Source of the DNA: Oscillospiraceae bacterium
GTDB lineage: Bacteria; Bacillota; Clostridia; Oscillospirales; SIG627
DNA length: 64,000 nucleotides
Assembly: GCA_015065265.1 (NCBI GenBank)
Contig: SVQQ01000001.1
Coordinates: 137,146-201,145, forward strand
Direction of reading: 5' to 3'
Shown in pieces: positions 1-10,467 of this stretch. Under the pieces are notes generated by a model, which was not told where the DNA came from, did not search any database, and saw only the letters and a program-made list of their open reading frames with translations. Position 1 is the stretch's first letter. The number at the start of each line of letters is the position of its first letter. Both the position numbers and the translations under genes were made by a program.

Positions 1-2
1 AG

Positions 3-3000
3 ATGTCCTTAAACTCTGGCGTCCCCTTTGCAGTAGAGTATCTTCCGGGTCAGTTTGACCAGAGAGCAGACTCTGCCGCACAGTGTATCCAGATTATTTC
101 AAAAGGTGAAAGACCGGTTGTACGTACCGCAAAAGTGTATATTCTCTACGGAGATATCACAAACGAAGTTCTCGCAAGAGTTAAAAAGTACGTTATCAAC
201 CCCGTTGAATGCCGTGAGGCAACACTTGAAAAGGTGGACAGTATCGACACCACGTCAAATGACCCCGAAGACGTAGAAGTGCTTCACGGATTTACCGAAC
301 TTGACGCAGCAGGACTTCACAACTTCCTTGTAGGACACGGTCTTGCTATGGACGACAGTGACATTATGTTCTTACGTCAGTATTTCAGAGACGAGGGAAG
401 AGACCCCACTATCACCGAAATAAGAATGATAGATACCTATTGGTCAGACCACTGTCGCCATACCACGTTTCTTACTAATATCGATAAAGCAGAATTTGAA
501 GATGCAACTATCGAAAAAACCTATAACGATTACATAAAACTTCGCGAAGACCTTGGCTCTAAAAAGCCTGTCTGCCTTATGGACCTTGCCACAGTTGCAG
601 GAAAGGCACTTTCAAAAGCAGGTAAACTTGAAGGTATGGACCGCTCCGACGAAATTAACGCCTGTACAGTTAAAGTTAAGGTAACAGTTGACGGAGAAAA
701 ACAGGACTGGCTCCTTCTTTTCAAGAACGAAACACATAACCACCCCACCGAAATTGAACCCTTCGGCGGTGCTGCTACCTGTATCGGCGGTGCAATCCGT
801 GACCCCCTTTCAGGAAGGTCATACGTTTATGCCGCAATGAGAGTCACAGGAGCATCAGACCCCACAGGAGCAGTTGAAGATACCCTTCAAGGAAAACTTC
901 CTCAGAAAAAACTCGTAACTACTGCAGCGCAAGGTTATTCCTCTTACGGTAACCAGATTGGACTTGCTACCTGTCAGGTAGACGAAATCTATCACCCAGG
1001 CTACCTTGCAAAACATATGGAAATCGGCGCAGTTCTCGGCGCCGCTCCTCAGAAGAACGTAAGACGTGAATGTCCCGCACCCGACGACGTTGTAATACTC
1101 CTTGGCGGAAGAACGGGCAGAGACGGTATCGGAGGTGCCACAGGATCTTCAAAGTCTCACACAGAATCTTCACTTGGCTCTTGCGGAGCAGAAGTTCAAA
1201 AGGGTAACGCTCCCGAAGAACGTAAACTTCAAAGACTTTTCCGCAACGAAGAAGCGGCAAAACTCATTAAGAGATGTAACGACTTCGGCGCAGGTGGTGT
1301 ATCAGTTGCAATCGGTGAACTTGCAGACGGTTTAAAGATTGACCTTGATAAAGTAACAAAGAAATATGAAGGTCTTGACGGAACAGAACTTGCAATTTCC
1401 GAATCACAGGAACGTATGGCAGTAGTTGTTGCCCCCGAAGATGCTGAAAGATTTATGGAAATTGCGAACACCGAAAACCTCGAAGCCACAGTTGTTGCCA
1501 AGGTAACCGAAGAACCAAGACTTACAATGACCTGGCGTGGTAAGAAGATTGTAGATATTTCCCGTGAGTTCCTTAACTCAAATGGTGCACCAAAACACAT
1601 TGACGTTAAAGTTAAGAAAGGAAATATCCATAACAAGAAGAAATATAACTCTTTCAAAGAGGGTATGACAGATACCGCAAAAGATTTACTTGTATGTTCA
1701 AAGAGAGGTCTTCTTGAACGTTTTGACTCCACTATCGGTGCGACAACCGTTATGATGCCTCTTGGCGGTAAGAACCAACTTACACCCTCACAGGCTATGG
1801 TAAATAAAATTCCTCTTGAAAAAGGCAAAACCGACGACGTTTCCTTTATGTCTTGGGGATATAACCCGTATATAAGTGAATGTAGCCCCTACCACGGAGC
1901 ATACCTTGCAGTAATCGAGTCAATGTCAAAACTCGTTGCCACAGGTGCCGACATTAAAGAGGATACCTACTTCACCTTCCAGGAATACTTTGAAAAACCT
2001 CTTCGCGACCCATACCGTTGGGGCAAACCTCTTGCCGCACTGCTGGGTGCATATAAGGCACAGATGGACTTTGAAATTGCCTCAATCGGCGGTAAGGACT
2101 CAATGAGCGGTTCTTTCGAAAAGATTGACGTACCCCCGACACTTGTGTCCTTTGCTGTAACAATGGGCAAAACCGACGACGTCGTAACAAGTGAATTTAA
2201 GTCAGGCGGTCATAAGACAGTTATTATTGCACCGGTATATGACGAAAATTCTCTGCCTAAAGCCGACTCTCAGAAGAAGGTATTTGAAAAAGTTACAACA
2301 CTTGTAAGAGAGAAAAAGGCAGTTGCAGTAAGAACTCTCGGCTATGGCGGTGTTGCAGAAGCAATACTTAAAATGGCAATAGGTAACTCTATAGGCTTTA
2401 AGTTTGCACAAGGACTTAACCTTGACTCACTCTTCGACTATGGCTACGGTTCTTTCGTTGTAGAACTTGCAGACGGTGTAACAAGTGACGAATGTGTCCT
2501 TGGTTATACTACCGACGAAAAGACTATTACATTTGGAAACGAAACTTTAACCCTTGACGAAGTCCTTAATACCTATAACGAAAAACTTGAAAAGGTTTAT
2601 CCTACAAAGGCAAGTCACAGCGACATAAAACCCGAAAAATTCACATACACTGCCCCCACAACCTACAAGGCTAAAAACGGTGTGCCAATGCCCCGTGTAC
2701 TTATACCCGTATTCCCCGGAACTAACTGTGAATATGACTCGGCACGTGCTATGAGAGAAGCGGGAGCAGAACCCGAAATATTCGTTATAAATAACCTTTC
2801 TTCAACTTCGATTGCAGATTCTATTCACCGCTTTGCACTATCTGCTGCAAACTCACAGATAATATTTATCCCAGGCGGTTTCTCAGGCGGTGACGAACCC
2901 GACGGTTCAGGCAAGTTCATAACCGCATTCTTCCGCAACTCTGAAATCAGTGAAGAAGTTAAGAGTCTTCTCGAACTTCGTGACGGTCTTATGTGCGGAA

Positions 3001-3485
3001 TCTGTAATGGCTTCCAAGCACTTATCAAACTCGGACTTGTGCCATTCGGTCAGATTCTTGAGCCCTCGGCATCACATCCGACTCTTGCAGGAAACATAAT
3101 TTCCCGCCACCAGTCAAGAATCGTGCGTGTAAGAGTTGCTTCAAACAAATCTCCTTGGCTTACAGGAGTTGAGGTGGGCGAAATTTATAACGTGCCCATT
3201 TCCCACGGCGAAGGAAGATTTTTGGCATCAGACGACTTTATCCGTACCCTTGCCTCAAACGGACAGATTGCAACTCAATATTGCGATATGGCAGGAGAAC
3301 CTACAATGGATATCGACTTTAACCCCAACGGTTCGGCTCAAGCGATAGAAGGTATCCTTTCTCCCGACGGAAGAGTTATCGGTAAGATGGGTCACTCAGA
3401 GCGTATCGGTGACGGTCTTTATAAGAACGTAAGCGGTAACTACGATATGAAACTCTTCGACTCCGCTGTAAAATACTACAAATAA
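3..3485 (+). CDS. purL: phosphoribosylformylglycinamidine (FGAM) synthase, single-polypeptide form; N-terminus lies upstream of the window
   Basis: ORF open to the window edge (1160 aa). PurM-like repeat motifs are present (YWSDHCRHTTF, NETHNHPTEIEPFGGAATCIGG, GRTGRDGIGGATGSS). A class-I glutamine amidotransferase end follows (GICNGFQAL ... PISHGEGRF). A hairpin terminator follows the stop. Confidence 0.93.
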   Translation: MSLNSGVPFAVEYLPGQFDQRADSAAQCIQIISKGERPVVRTAKVYILYGDITNEVLARVKKYVINPVECREATLEKVDSIDTTSNDPEDVEVLHGFTELDAAGLHNFLVGHGLAMDDSDIMFLRQYFRDEGRDPTITEIRMIDTYWSDHCRHTTFLTNIDKAEFEDATIEKTYNDYIKLREDLGSKKPVCLMDLATVAGKALSKAGKLEGMDRSDEINACTVKVKVTVDGEKQDWLLLFKNETHNHPTEIEPFGGAATCIGGAIRDPLSGRSYVYAAMRVTGASDPTGAVEDTLQGKLPQKKLVTTAAQGYSSYGNQIGLATCQVDEIYHPGYLAKHMEIGAVLGAAPQKNVRRECPAPDDVVILLGGRTGRDGIGGATGSSKSHTESSLGSCGAEVQKGNAPEERKLQRLFRNEEAAKLIKRCNDFGAGGVSVAIGELADGLKIDLDKVTKKYEGLDGTELAISESQERMAVVVAPEDAERFMEIANTENLEATVVAKVTEEPRLTMTWRGKKIVDISREFLNSNGAPKHIDVKVKKGNIHNKKKYNSFKEGMTDTAKDLLVCSKRGLLERFDSTIGATTVMMPLGGKNQLTPSQAMVNKIPLEKGKTDDVSFMSWGYNPYISECSPYHGAYLAVIESMSKLVATGADIKEDTYFTFQEYFEKPLRDPYRWGKPLAALLGAYKAQMDFEIASIGGKDSMSGSFEKIDVPPTLVSFAVTMGKTDDVVTSEFKSGGHKTVIIAPVYDENSLPKADSQKKVFEKVTTLVREKKAVAVRTLGYGGVAEAILKMAIGNSIGFKFAQGLNLDSLFDYGYGSFVVELADGVTSDECVLGYTTDEKTITFGNETLTLDEVLNTYNEKLEKVYPTKASHSDIKPEKFTYTAPTTYKAKNGVPMPRVLIPVFPGTNCEYDSARAMREAGAEPEIFVINNLSSTSIADSIHRFALSAANSQIIFIPGGFSGGDEPDGSGKFITAFFRNSEISEEVKSLLELRDGLMCGICNGFQALIKLGLVPFGQILEPSASHPTLAGNIISRHQSRIVRVRVASNKSPWLTGVEVGEIYNVPISHGEGRFLASDDFIRTLASNGQIATQYCDMAGEPTMDIDFNPNGSAQAIEGILSPDGRVIGKMGHSERIGDGLYKNVSGNYDMKLFDSAVKYYK

Positions 3486-3486
3486 A

Positions 3487-3524
3487 AACAAAAAACCAAG
3501 TCTCAAACGAGACTTGGTTTTTTA
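3487..3524. terminator. bidirectional rho-independent terminator between purL and the convergent anti-sigma gene
   Basis: 9-bp perfect stem CCAAGTCTC (3496-3504) / GAGACTTGG (3509-3517) with a 4-nt loop. An A-run lies upstream and a T-run downstream. Confidence 0.85.
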
Positions 3525-3526
3525 CT

Positions 3527-4327
3527 TTAGTTAAAGTATAGTGCAGTACTTTCAGAGTTTTCGGGAATTTCCGACCTGATTACAGGGACACTGTTTTTTG
3601 TGAGTATCTTTTCAACACTGTGACTTTCAAGACTTACCGTTACGCAGTTTTCAGAATTTTTCAGGGTAGGGTAGGCATCGAAGAGTTTGATAACGTTCTC
3701 AATTTCCCCCTCAACTACCATAATGGCAACGTCTGTATCAAGGGAGTTTTTCGTCTGTATCACAGAAAAACTTATAACGCTTTCCTTTTTCTCACTTTCT
3801 GGGTCCCCTCTGTCACTTTCCGTTGGCTTTTGAAGGGAAGGGGAAATAACCATACTTTCGTTTTTCACGTCATCAAATAAGACGTCCGAGGCAGTGTCCG
3901 AGAAAACATTATTTTCTTCGTCTTGGTATACCGACTCTTCACTTTCCGAACTGTCTTCTGTCACACTTTCGTTTTTTAAAGGAACTTGACTTAATTCAAA
4001 ATTATCTTTTGGCATAAACCTTGAATAGAAGAACAAGGACAAAATGATGATAAGAGATGCGGCAACACCCATATGACGAAAGATAAAGGGCGTTTTCTTG
4101 GTTTTTACTTGATTTTCCCGAATCTTTTCCATAACGCTTTCCGATAGCGCCGAGTGAAGTTTTACGTCAAGCTTCTTAAAGTCCTCTTTTATCTGGATTA
4201 GTTCCTTGTATTCCGCCATACATTCAGGACACTGGGCGATATGGGAAAGTATTTCTTCTTTTTCTTGTGCATTCAGTTCCCCGTCCGACAGGGCACCTAA
4301 GTTTTCTCTTACGTCTTTACAATCCAT
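3527..4327 (-). CDS. anti-sigma factor, zf-HC2 type, single-pass membrane protein with acidic extracytoplasmic part
   Basis: N-terminus MDCKDVRENLGALSDGEL...HIAQCPECMAEY matches the H-x3-C-x2-C putative zinc-finger anti-sigma signature. One TM segment (VAASLIIILSLFFY). It lies directly downstream of the ECF sigma gene. I chose the ATG at 4327 (RBS AGGAGG upstream) rather than the longer track ORF. Confidence 0.8.
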   Translation of the reverse strand: MDCKDVRENLGALSDGELNAQEKEEILSHIAQCPECMAEYKELIQIKEDFKKLDVKLHSALSESVMEKIRENQVKTKKTPFIFRHMGVAASLIIILSLFFYSRFMPKDNFELSQVPLKNESVTEDSSESEESVYQDEENNVFSDTASDVLFDDVKNESMVISPSLQKPTESDRGDPESEKKESVISFSVIQTKNSLDTDVAIMVVEGEIENVIKLFDAYPTLKNSENCVTVSLESHSVEKILTKNSVPVIRSEIPENSESTALYFN

Positions 4328-4340
4328 TTTATCGCCTCCT

Positions 4341-4913
4341 TTATCTTTTTTCATCTGTTTTGACGGAAGATTTTGAATTTTGTTCCATAAGGGCATCTTT
4401 TAATTTAACTCTTGCCCTGTTCAGTCTGCTTTTCACAGTTCCCGATGGAATATGTAAAACTTCTGCAATTTCTTCATAATTAAGTTCTGAAAATTCCCTT
4501 AAAACAAGTATATTTCGACTGTCTTTATCAAGGGAAAATAGGGCAATTTTAAGGCTTTCCAAACGCTCTTTTTCAATTACCTTGTCTTCAGGCGTTTCAC
4601 CTGTGGACAGGTCTTGAGCCTCACAGCCTTTCCACACCTTTTTTCTCTTTTCAAGAGCATCTTTTGCCGAGTTTGCAACAATTCTGTAAAGCCAGGTCGA
4701 AAAACTTGATTTTCCCTTAAAAGTTTTAAGTTTTTCCCACACCTTTATAAAAGCGTCCTGCGCTACGTCAAAAGCGTCTTGAGAATTTCCCATATATGAA
4801 AAAGCAATATTATAAACAAATTTTTCGTAGTATCTTACGAGCACTTCAAAAGAGAGCGTGTCACCTTTTGAAGCCCTCTTTATGAGCAAATCCTCATTTT
4901 CACACTTTTTCAT
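4341..4913 (-). CDS. ECF-type RNA polymerase sigma-70 family factor
   Basis: 190 aa. Region 2 (FEVLVRYYEKFVYNIAFSYMGNSQDAFDVAQDAFIKVW) and region 4 HTH (LVLREFSELNYEEIAEVLHIPSGTVKSRLNRAR) are recognisable. It is paired with the anti-sigma gene. Confidence 0.88.
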   Translation of the reverse strand: MKKCENEDLLIKRASKGDTLSFEVLVRYYEKFVYNIAFSYMGNSQDAFDVAQDAFIKVWEKLKTFKGKSSFSTWLYRIVANSAKDALEKRKKVWKGCEAQDLSTGETPEDKVIEKERLESLKIALFSLDKDSRNILVLREFSELNYEEIAEVLHIPSGTVKSRLNRARVKLKDALMEQNSKSSVKTDEKR

Positions 4914-4927
4914 TTCTTGCCTTTCTT

Positions 4928-5866
4928 TTAAATGATATCTTTTAAAATCTCTTTTACTTCCTCTTTTGTGGCGGCGTAATTTATCTTTTGCCTGATTTTC
5001 GCCGCACCCTTCATATTCTTCACGTACCAGGCAATCTGGGCCCTCGACTCCATTATAGCCTGTCTTTCACTCTTCAAAGACACAGCAAGGTCAAGATGTG
5101 ACACAATCTCATCATATAACTCTTGTCCCACGGGTCTTTTGGGAATTTCTTCACCGGAAAGAGCAGCCTTTATTTCACGAAATATCCAAGGGCTACCTAA
5201 AGCCCCACGACCTATCATAAGGTGGTCGCACCCTGTCACGTCAAGCATATGTTTGGCACTTTCAGGGTCCTTTATATCCCCGTTTCCGATAACCTCACAC
5301 TTTAGAGCCTCTTTCACTTCTCTTATTACGTCAAGATTTACAGGGGGCGCATATAACTGACTTCTCGTCCTTCCGTGCACCGTGACACGTTTTGCCCCGC
5401 CCTTTTCTGCCATCAGGGCAACTTCAACGGCGTTTATGTGTTCTGTGTCAAAACCAAGTCTTATCTTCACACTGACAGGAATAGGGTAAACTGCCTCTGT
5501 CACACGGGAAACAATTTCATAAACCAGAGAAGGAGATTTCATCAGGGCAGAGCCCTCTGAATTTTTAACGATTTTGTTTACGGGACACCCCATATTTATG
5601 TCGATAAAATCAGGCTTCGAGGCGTCTGCAAGGATTTTTCCGCCCTTTGCCATAATATCGGGTTCACTTCCGAAAATCTGCAAGGAAAAAGGCACTTCCT
5701 CATTTGTGCGACGAGCAAGTTCCATTGTCTTTTTATCACCGAAAACCGTGGCTTTCGCAGAAATCATTTCACTTGTGACCCCGTCACAGCCATGACGCAT
5801 ACATATCGTCCTGAAAGCACTGTCTCCCACCCCTGCCATAGGGGCAAAAAATATTTTAGTAGCCAT
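4928..5866 (-). CDS. dusB: tRNA-dihydrouridine synthase
   Basis: 312 aa. The Dus family N-terminus (FAPMAGVGDSAFR), DINMGCP and the TVHGRTR motif are present. Confidence 0.88.
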   Translation of the reverse strand: MATKIFFAPMAGVGDSAFRTICMRHGCDGVTSEMISAKATVFGDKKTMELARRTNEEVPFSLQIFGSEPDIMAKGGKILADASKPDFIDINMGCPVNKIVKNSEGSALMKSPSLVYEIVSRVTEAVYPIPVSVKIRLGFDTEHINAVEVALMAEKGGAKRVTVHGRTRSQLYAPPVNLDVIREVKEALKCEVIGNGDIKDPESAKHMLDVTGCDHLMIGRGALGSPWIFREIKAALSGEEIPKRPVGQELYDEIVSHLDLAVSLKSERQAIMESRAQIAWYVKNMKGAAKIRQKINYAATKEEVKEILKDII

Positions 5867-5980
5867 ATAAATCCCTTAAAATTGTGAAAATATATTGATT
5901 AAACTTCAAGTTCATGTTAAAATGTATAATAATTATATAATATAATCCTTTCAAAAACAAGACGTAAAGAAAGAAATAAA

Positions 5981-7108
5981 ATGATTTATTTGGATAATAG
6001 CGCCACCACCCCCTTAAATGAGGCGGCAAAAGAAAAGATAACCGAAATGCTGGATGTTTTCGGCAACCCATCATCACTTCACAGCGAGGGTCTTCGCGCC
6101 GAAAAGGAAATAAGCATCGCCAGAGAAATTATCGCAAAGAGCCTCACCGCACGTCCTGACGAAGTGTACTTCACTTCAAGCGGTACAGAAGCCGATAATA
6201 TTGCAATTTTAGGGGCGGCTAAAAAGAACTTTAAGGTGGGTAAAAAGATAATCACCACAAATTCAGAACACCCCGCAGTAGCAAGAACTGTGGAAAGCCT
6301 TGAAATGCAAGGCTATCAGGTAGTAAGACTATCAACGGTAGGCGGAAAAATCGACTTAAAAGAACTTGAAGAAAATTTGTCCCCCGATATTGCCCTTGTC
6401 ACTATTATGAGAACCAATAACGAAACAGGCGCAATATACGACGTTGACGCCGTCTCACGCCTTGTGAAAAGCGTTTCCCCCCGCGCCATAGTACATACCG
6501 ACTGTGTACAGGCGTATATGAAAGAAAAACTTTCACTGTCCTCTCTTTCCGCCGACATCATCTCGGTGTCAGCGCATAAAGTCCACGCCATGAAAGGCGT
6601 TGGAGCAGTTATTATCAAAAAAGGACTGGTCTTACCCTGTCACACTTACGGTGGAGGACAGGAAAAGGGTATGAGAAGCGGTACGGAAAACACTATTGGA
6701 ATTGCATCTTTTGGCGCTGCAGTTTCAAGTCTTATGACCGACAAAACAAGGGAAGAAAAGGTAAAAGAACTTTATAACTATACCCTTAATAGATTTTCCG
6801 AGATACCCGAAATTAAAGTCAATATCCCCGAAAAACACACCTCTTCCATTGTCAGTATCTCTATTCCGGGATACAGAAGTGAAATAATATTACACAGTTT
6901 GTCAAGAGAGGGCATTTTCGTGTCAAGTGGCTCTGCTTGTTCCTCAAAAAAAGGTAAAAGCGGTGTCCTTTCGGCATTCGGTATCGATGACCTTCACGCC
7001 GACGGGACTGTGAGAATAAGTTTTTCACACTACAACGAAAAGAGCGAAATTGACGCCTTGACAACTGCCTTGAAAAAGGTTATTTCTACTACCAAGCGAG
7101 TTAAATAA
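5981..7108 (+). CDS. cysteine desulfurase (NifS/IscS class V aminotransferase family)
   Basis: 375 aa. N-terminus IYLDNSATTP, PLP-lysine motif SAHKVHAMKG and active-site loop SSGSACSS are present. It sits immediately upstream of thiI, a common sulfur-relay pairing. Confidence 0.88.
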   Translation: MIYLDNSATTPLNEAAKEKITEMLDVFGNPSSLHSEGLRAEKEISIAREIIAKSLTARPDEVYFTSSGTEADNIAILGAAKKNFKVGKKIITTNSEHPAVARTVESLEMQGYQVVRLSTVGGKIDLKELEENLSPDIALVTIMRTNNETGAIYDVDAVSRLVKSVSPRAIVHTDCVQAYMKEKLSLSSLSADIISVSAHKVHAMKGVGAVIIKKGLVLPCHTYGGGQEKGMRSGTENTIGIASFGAAVSSLMTDKTREEKVKELYNYTLNRFSEIPEIKVNIPEKHTSSIVSISIPGYRSEIILHSLSREGIFVSSGSACSSKKGKSGVLSAFGIDDLHADGTVRISFSHYNEKSEIDALTTALKKVISTTKRVK

Positions 7109-7119
7109 AAGGAGTTTTT

Positions 7120-8298
7120 ATGACAAGAACCATACTTATGAAATACGGAGAACTTATCTTAAAGGGAGCGAATAAACGCTCTTTTGAAAAACTTCTCTGT
7201 GACAGAATAAAAGCGAGAATGACAAGGGTACTTGGAGCACAAGGCTTTGAGTTTGAATGTATGCAGTCAACCCTCTACGTCACTCCGAAAGACGACTCTA
7301 TGGTAGAAGAGGCGTATGAGGACCTTAAAAGAATTTTCGGTATAGTTTCTCTTTGCATTTCATATAGAGCAGAAAAAAATATGGAAGATATTTTAAGAGT
7401 GTCTCTTGAGAATATTCCAAAACATATCAAAAACTGCCGTTCCTTCAAGGTAGATGCAAGAAGAAGTGATAAGCAGTTCCCCCTCACTTCCCCTCAGATT
7501 ATGGCAGAGGTAGGGGGAGAACTCTCAGAACTTTGCCCTGAAGTAAAGGTTGACGTAGTGCACCCCGAAATTGTTGTCAGAGTTGAAATTAGAGAAAAAT
7601 ATGCCTATATCCACGCAGGAAACGACCACGGCGCAGGCGGTATGCCTTACCTTTCAAATGGCAGAGGACTCCTTCTTTTGTCTGGGGGAATAGACAGTCC
7701 CGTCGCAGGTTATATGATGGCAAAAAGGGGAGTGGAAATAGAGGCAGTCCACTTCGAGAGTTTTCCATACACTTCCGAAAGAGCCAAAGAAAAGGTAATT
7801 GCCCTTGCAAAATGCCTTTGCAAATATACGGATAAAATCAGAATACACTTCGTAAGTCTCACCGAAATACAAGAGGCTATAAGAGACAACTGTGAAGAGG
7901 ATTACTTCACCCTTATTCTTCGTCGCTTTATGATGCCTATTGCCCAGAGAGTTGCCGAAAAATGCAATGCACAGGCACTCATAACAGGGGAAAGTATCGG
8001 ACAAGTTGCAAGTCAGACAATGTCTGCAATAGCAGTAACCGACTGCACCGCCACAATTCCCGTCTTCCGTCCCTGTATCGGTATGGACAAGGAAGAAATA
8101 GTAGAAATCGCAAGGAAGATAGACACTTTTGAAACCTCTATTTTACCTTACGAAGATTGTTGCACAGTCTTCACACCCCGTCACCCCAGAACAAAACCTC
8201 AGCTTGAAAAGGTGATCCGTGCCGAAAAGAATCTTGACAGAGAAGCACTTATAGAAAAAGCCCTTGACACTATGACGGATATGGTGGTTGAATTATGA
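7120..8298 (+). CDS. thiI: tRNA uracil 4-sulfurtransferase (4-thiouridine synthase), short form without rhodanese domain
   Basis: 392 aa. It has the N-terminal ferredoxin-like/THUMP region (KYGELILKGANKRSFE) and the PP-loop motif LLLSGGIDSPVA. Confidence 0.9.
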   Translation: MTRTILMKYGELILKGANKRSFEKLLCDRIKARMTRVLGAQGFEFECMQSTLYVTPKDDSMVEEAYEDLKRIFGIVSLCISYRAEKNMEDILRVSLENIPKHIKNCRSFKVDARRSDKQFPLTSPQIMAEVGGELSELCPEVKVDVVHPEIVVRVEIREKYAYIHAGNDHGAGGMPYLSNGRGLLLLSGGIDSPVAGYMMAKRGVEIEAVHFESFPYTSERAKEKVIALAKCLCKYTDKIRIHFVSLTEIQEAIRDNCEEDYFTLILRRFMMPIAQRVAEKCNAQALITGESIGQVASQTMSAIAVTDCTATIPVFRPCIGMDKEEIVEIARKIDTFETSILPYEDCCTVFTPRHPRTKPQLEKVIRAEKNLDREALIEKALDTMTDMVVEL

Positions 8299-8924
8299 GT
8301 ATACTTGATATTTTCGCACGTCTTGAAAAAGAGAGAATGGAAAAAGAAGTGTCAGGGAAAGTTGAGTACATTGTGGCAGGGCTTGGAAACCCCGGCAAGA
8401 AGTACGAAAACACCCGCCATAACGCAGGGTATATGACCCTTGATAAAATCTCTTCAAAATACGGATTTGGAATTGACAAAGTCAAGTTCAAATCCCTTGT
8501 AGGAGAGGGGAATATTGGCGGACACAGAGTTCTCTTTATGAAGCCTGAAACCTATATGAATAATTCAGGAGAGGCACTTGGGGAAGCGGTAAGATTTTAT
8601 AAAATCCCTGTAGAAAAAGTCATTGTTATTTCCGACGATATTTCTCTTCCAGTAGGCAAAATCAGAATACGTCGCAAAGGCTCTCACGGAGGTCACAACG
8701 GACTTAAATCCATCGAGGCTCACCTCGGGTCAAACACCTACCCAAGAATAAAAATGGGAGTAGGGGAAAAACCCCACCCCGATTACGACCTTGCAGACTG
8801 GGTACTCGGGAAGTTTTCCGCAGAGGACAAGAAAATCTTTGACACGTCTTGTGAAAAAGGTGTAGGTGCTCTCGAACTTATTTTGGAAAATAAGTTTGAA
8901 GAGGCTATGTCTAAATTCAATTAA
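8295..8924 (+). CDS. pth: peptidyl-tRNA hydrolase
   Basis: GLGNPGKKYENTRHNAGYM and GSHGGHNGLKSI motifs. The start overlaps the thiI stop by 4 nt (ATGA). Confidence 0.92.
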   Translation: MSILDIFARLEKERMEKEVSGKVEYIVAGLGNPGKKYENTRHNAGYMTLDKISSKYGFGIDKVKFKSLVGEGNIGGHRVLFMKPETYMNNSGEALGEAVRFYKIPVEKVIVISDDISLPVGKIRIRRKGSHGGHNGLKSIEAHLGSNTYPRIKMGVGEKPHPDYDLADWVLGKFSAEDKKIFDTSCEKGVGALELILENKFEEAMSKFN

Positions 8925-8957
8925 AAAATGGCAGGTACTTTTCGTACCTGCCATTTT
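8925..8957. terminator. bidirectional terminator between pth and the convergent lipoprotein gene
   Basis: 12-bp stem AATGGCAGGTAC (8927-8938) / GTACCTGCCATT (8944-8955), flanked by A- and T-runs. Confidence 0.85.
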
Positions 8958-8960
8958 AAG

Positions 8961-9269
8961 TTAATTCATAATGGGAAGTTCGTTTTCGTCAAGAGTAAAT
9001 CCTGAATTTGAAACAGATGCGTCGCTTTCGGAAGTTGTATTATTGTCTGTCGTTTCAGCGTCATCGGTGTCATCGTAGGTATCGTTTGGAATGGGTATCA
9101 TAGGAAGTTCGATAGGACCTTCGCCGAAAATATCTTCTAACGTAACTTCGTCATCTTCTTCAACCTGATTTTCTTTTTCATCCACTACTTCTTCATCGTT
9201 TACCTTGGGCGTACAAGAAACAAGAGCGAATATTAAAAGAAAAGTTAAAAGCAATAGTGATTTTTTCAT
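8961..9269 (-). CDS. small acidic lipoprotein, unknown function
   Basis: Signal peptide with lipobox (LLIFALVS-C). The mature part is rich in D/E/T. Confidence 0.6.
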   Translation of the reverse strand: MKKSLLLLTFLLIFALVSCTPKVNDEEVVDEKENQVEEDDEVTLEDIFGEGPIELPMIPIPNDTYDDTDDAETTDNNTTSESDASVSNSGFTLDENELPIMN

Positions 9270-9357
9270 AAAATAAGTCTCCTTTTATTGTTTTCTTATA
9301 TTCTAACATATAAAAACGCGTTTGTAAATAAATGTTTTTTAAATACTGCAAAATGTA

Positions 9358-9385
9358 TTGACTTTTAACTCGTTTGTGATAAAAT
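9358..9385 (+). promoter_or_regulatory. sigma-A type promoter of paralog 1
   Basis: TTGACT (9358-9363), a 16-nt spacer, and TG-n-TAAAAT (-10 at 9380-9385). The same architecture recurs at 10468-10495. Confidence 0.6.
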
Positions 9386-9449
9386 ATTCGTAAAGTTATC
9401 ATAAAAGTGAAAAAAATGGTTAATATTTTCAAAAAGAGGAGAAAAGACT

Positions 9450-10442
9450 ATGATTTGGGGACTTTATGCGATGCTGGGCGAAAATATGTGGGTAAGGGAA
9501 AAGCAAGAACTTTCCTTCAGTTTCAACGCCTGGAATAAAGTTGTAGACGCCTCTCACAAAGCAGGTATAAATATGATTATTCTCGACCTTGGCGAAGGAG
9601 TAAAATGGGAAACCCATCCTGAACTTGCCAAAAAAGGCGCTTGGGGCAGAGAACAGATAAAGAAAGAGGTTCTCAGACTTCGTGAACTTGGAATAGCCCT
9701 TATACCCAAAATTAACCTATCCACTTGCCACGACCTGTGGCTTGGTCCATATAGAACCGAGATTACAAAGCCACTTTATTATCGGGTAGTACGAGACCTT
9801 ATCAGAGAGTGCTACGACCTCTTCCTTGAGCCCGAATATATACATCTTGGAATGGATGAAGAAGGGGACTTCACTCAGCAAATATCCTATCCCAACCTCA
9901 TCCGTTACAGAAAAGGCGACCTTTTGTGGCACGACCTTAACTGGATGCTTGACTGTGTAAGAAGCACAGGTGCTACCCCTTGGATTTGGGCAGACTTCTG
10001 TATGACAGACTACGACAACTTCGTGAAGAACGTTTCCACTGAAAATCTGCTCCTTTCCCCTTGGTACTATAACGCAGTTAAGAAAGAACATTTTACATAT
10101 CTTACACCGGGCAGTGACGGTTATATAAATGCCCAGCGTTATCCATATAACTTTATGAAATTCGATTACGAAGAAGATAAACCCCTTCTTAAACTTACCC
10201 GTGAAAATATGGTACCTTGTGCTAAGGCAGGTTATGACGTTGTTCCTTGTACTTCCGACTGTTTCAAGTGTGCTTACAACACCGAAGATATGTTCGAGCA
10301 CTTCAAGGAAAACGCCCCCAAAGAGAGAGTAAAAGGCTTCATGACAGCACCTTGGAAGGGAACGATAGATTCTGAAGTTGACGAAATTTTAAAGAATATT
10401 TCTCTTCTTGCCGAGGCAAAGAAAAAATATTACGGAGAATAA
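9450..10442 (+). CDS. conserved hypothetical cytoplasmic protein, possibly TIM-barrel glycosidase-like (HLGMDEEGD motif); paralog 1 of a tandem pair
   Basis: 330-aa ORF with RBS GAGGAG and no signal peptide. It is collinear with the next gene and mostly identical to it. The functional guess rests only on alternating beta/alpha character and an H-x-G-x-D-E-like motif. Confidence 0.75.
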   Translation: MIWGLYAMLGENMWVREKQELSFSFNAWNKVVDASHKAGINMIILDLGEGVKWETHPELAKKGAWGREQIKKEVLRLRELGIALIPKINLSTCHDLWLGPYRTEITKPLYYRVVRDLIRECYDLFLEPEYIHLGMDEEGDFTQQISYPNLIRYRKGDLLWHDLNWMLDCVRSTGATPWIWADFCMTDYDNFVKNVSTENLLLSPWYYNAVKKEHFTYLTPGSDGYINAQRYPYNFMKFDYEEDKPLLKLTRENMVPCAKAGYDVVPCTSDCFKCAYNTEDMFEHFKENAPKERVKGFMTAPWKGTIDSEVDEILKNISLLAEAKKKYYGE

Positions 10443-10467
10443 AACAAGTATAAAAGCGTAAAACGTA

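Noticed and set aside
1229-1828. 199-aa reverse-strand ORF inside purL. Similar antisense or out-of-frame track ORFs occur at 9717-10301, 23460-23985, 31160-31746, 31943-32431, 59393-60013, 60207-60758, 51828-52220 and elsewhere.
   Set aside because: These ORFs lie entirely within long, well-supported genes on the other strand or in another frame. They have low-complexity or Cys/Ser/Leu-skewed composition and no RBS. This is typical of shadow ORFs in genes with biased codon usage.
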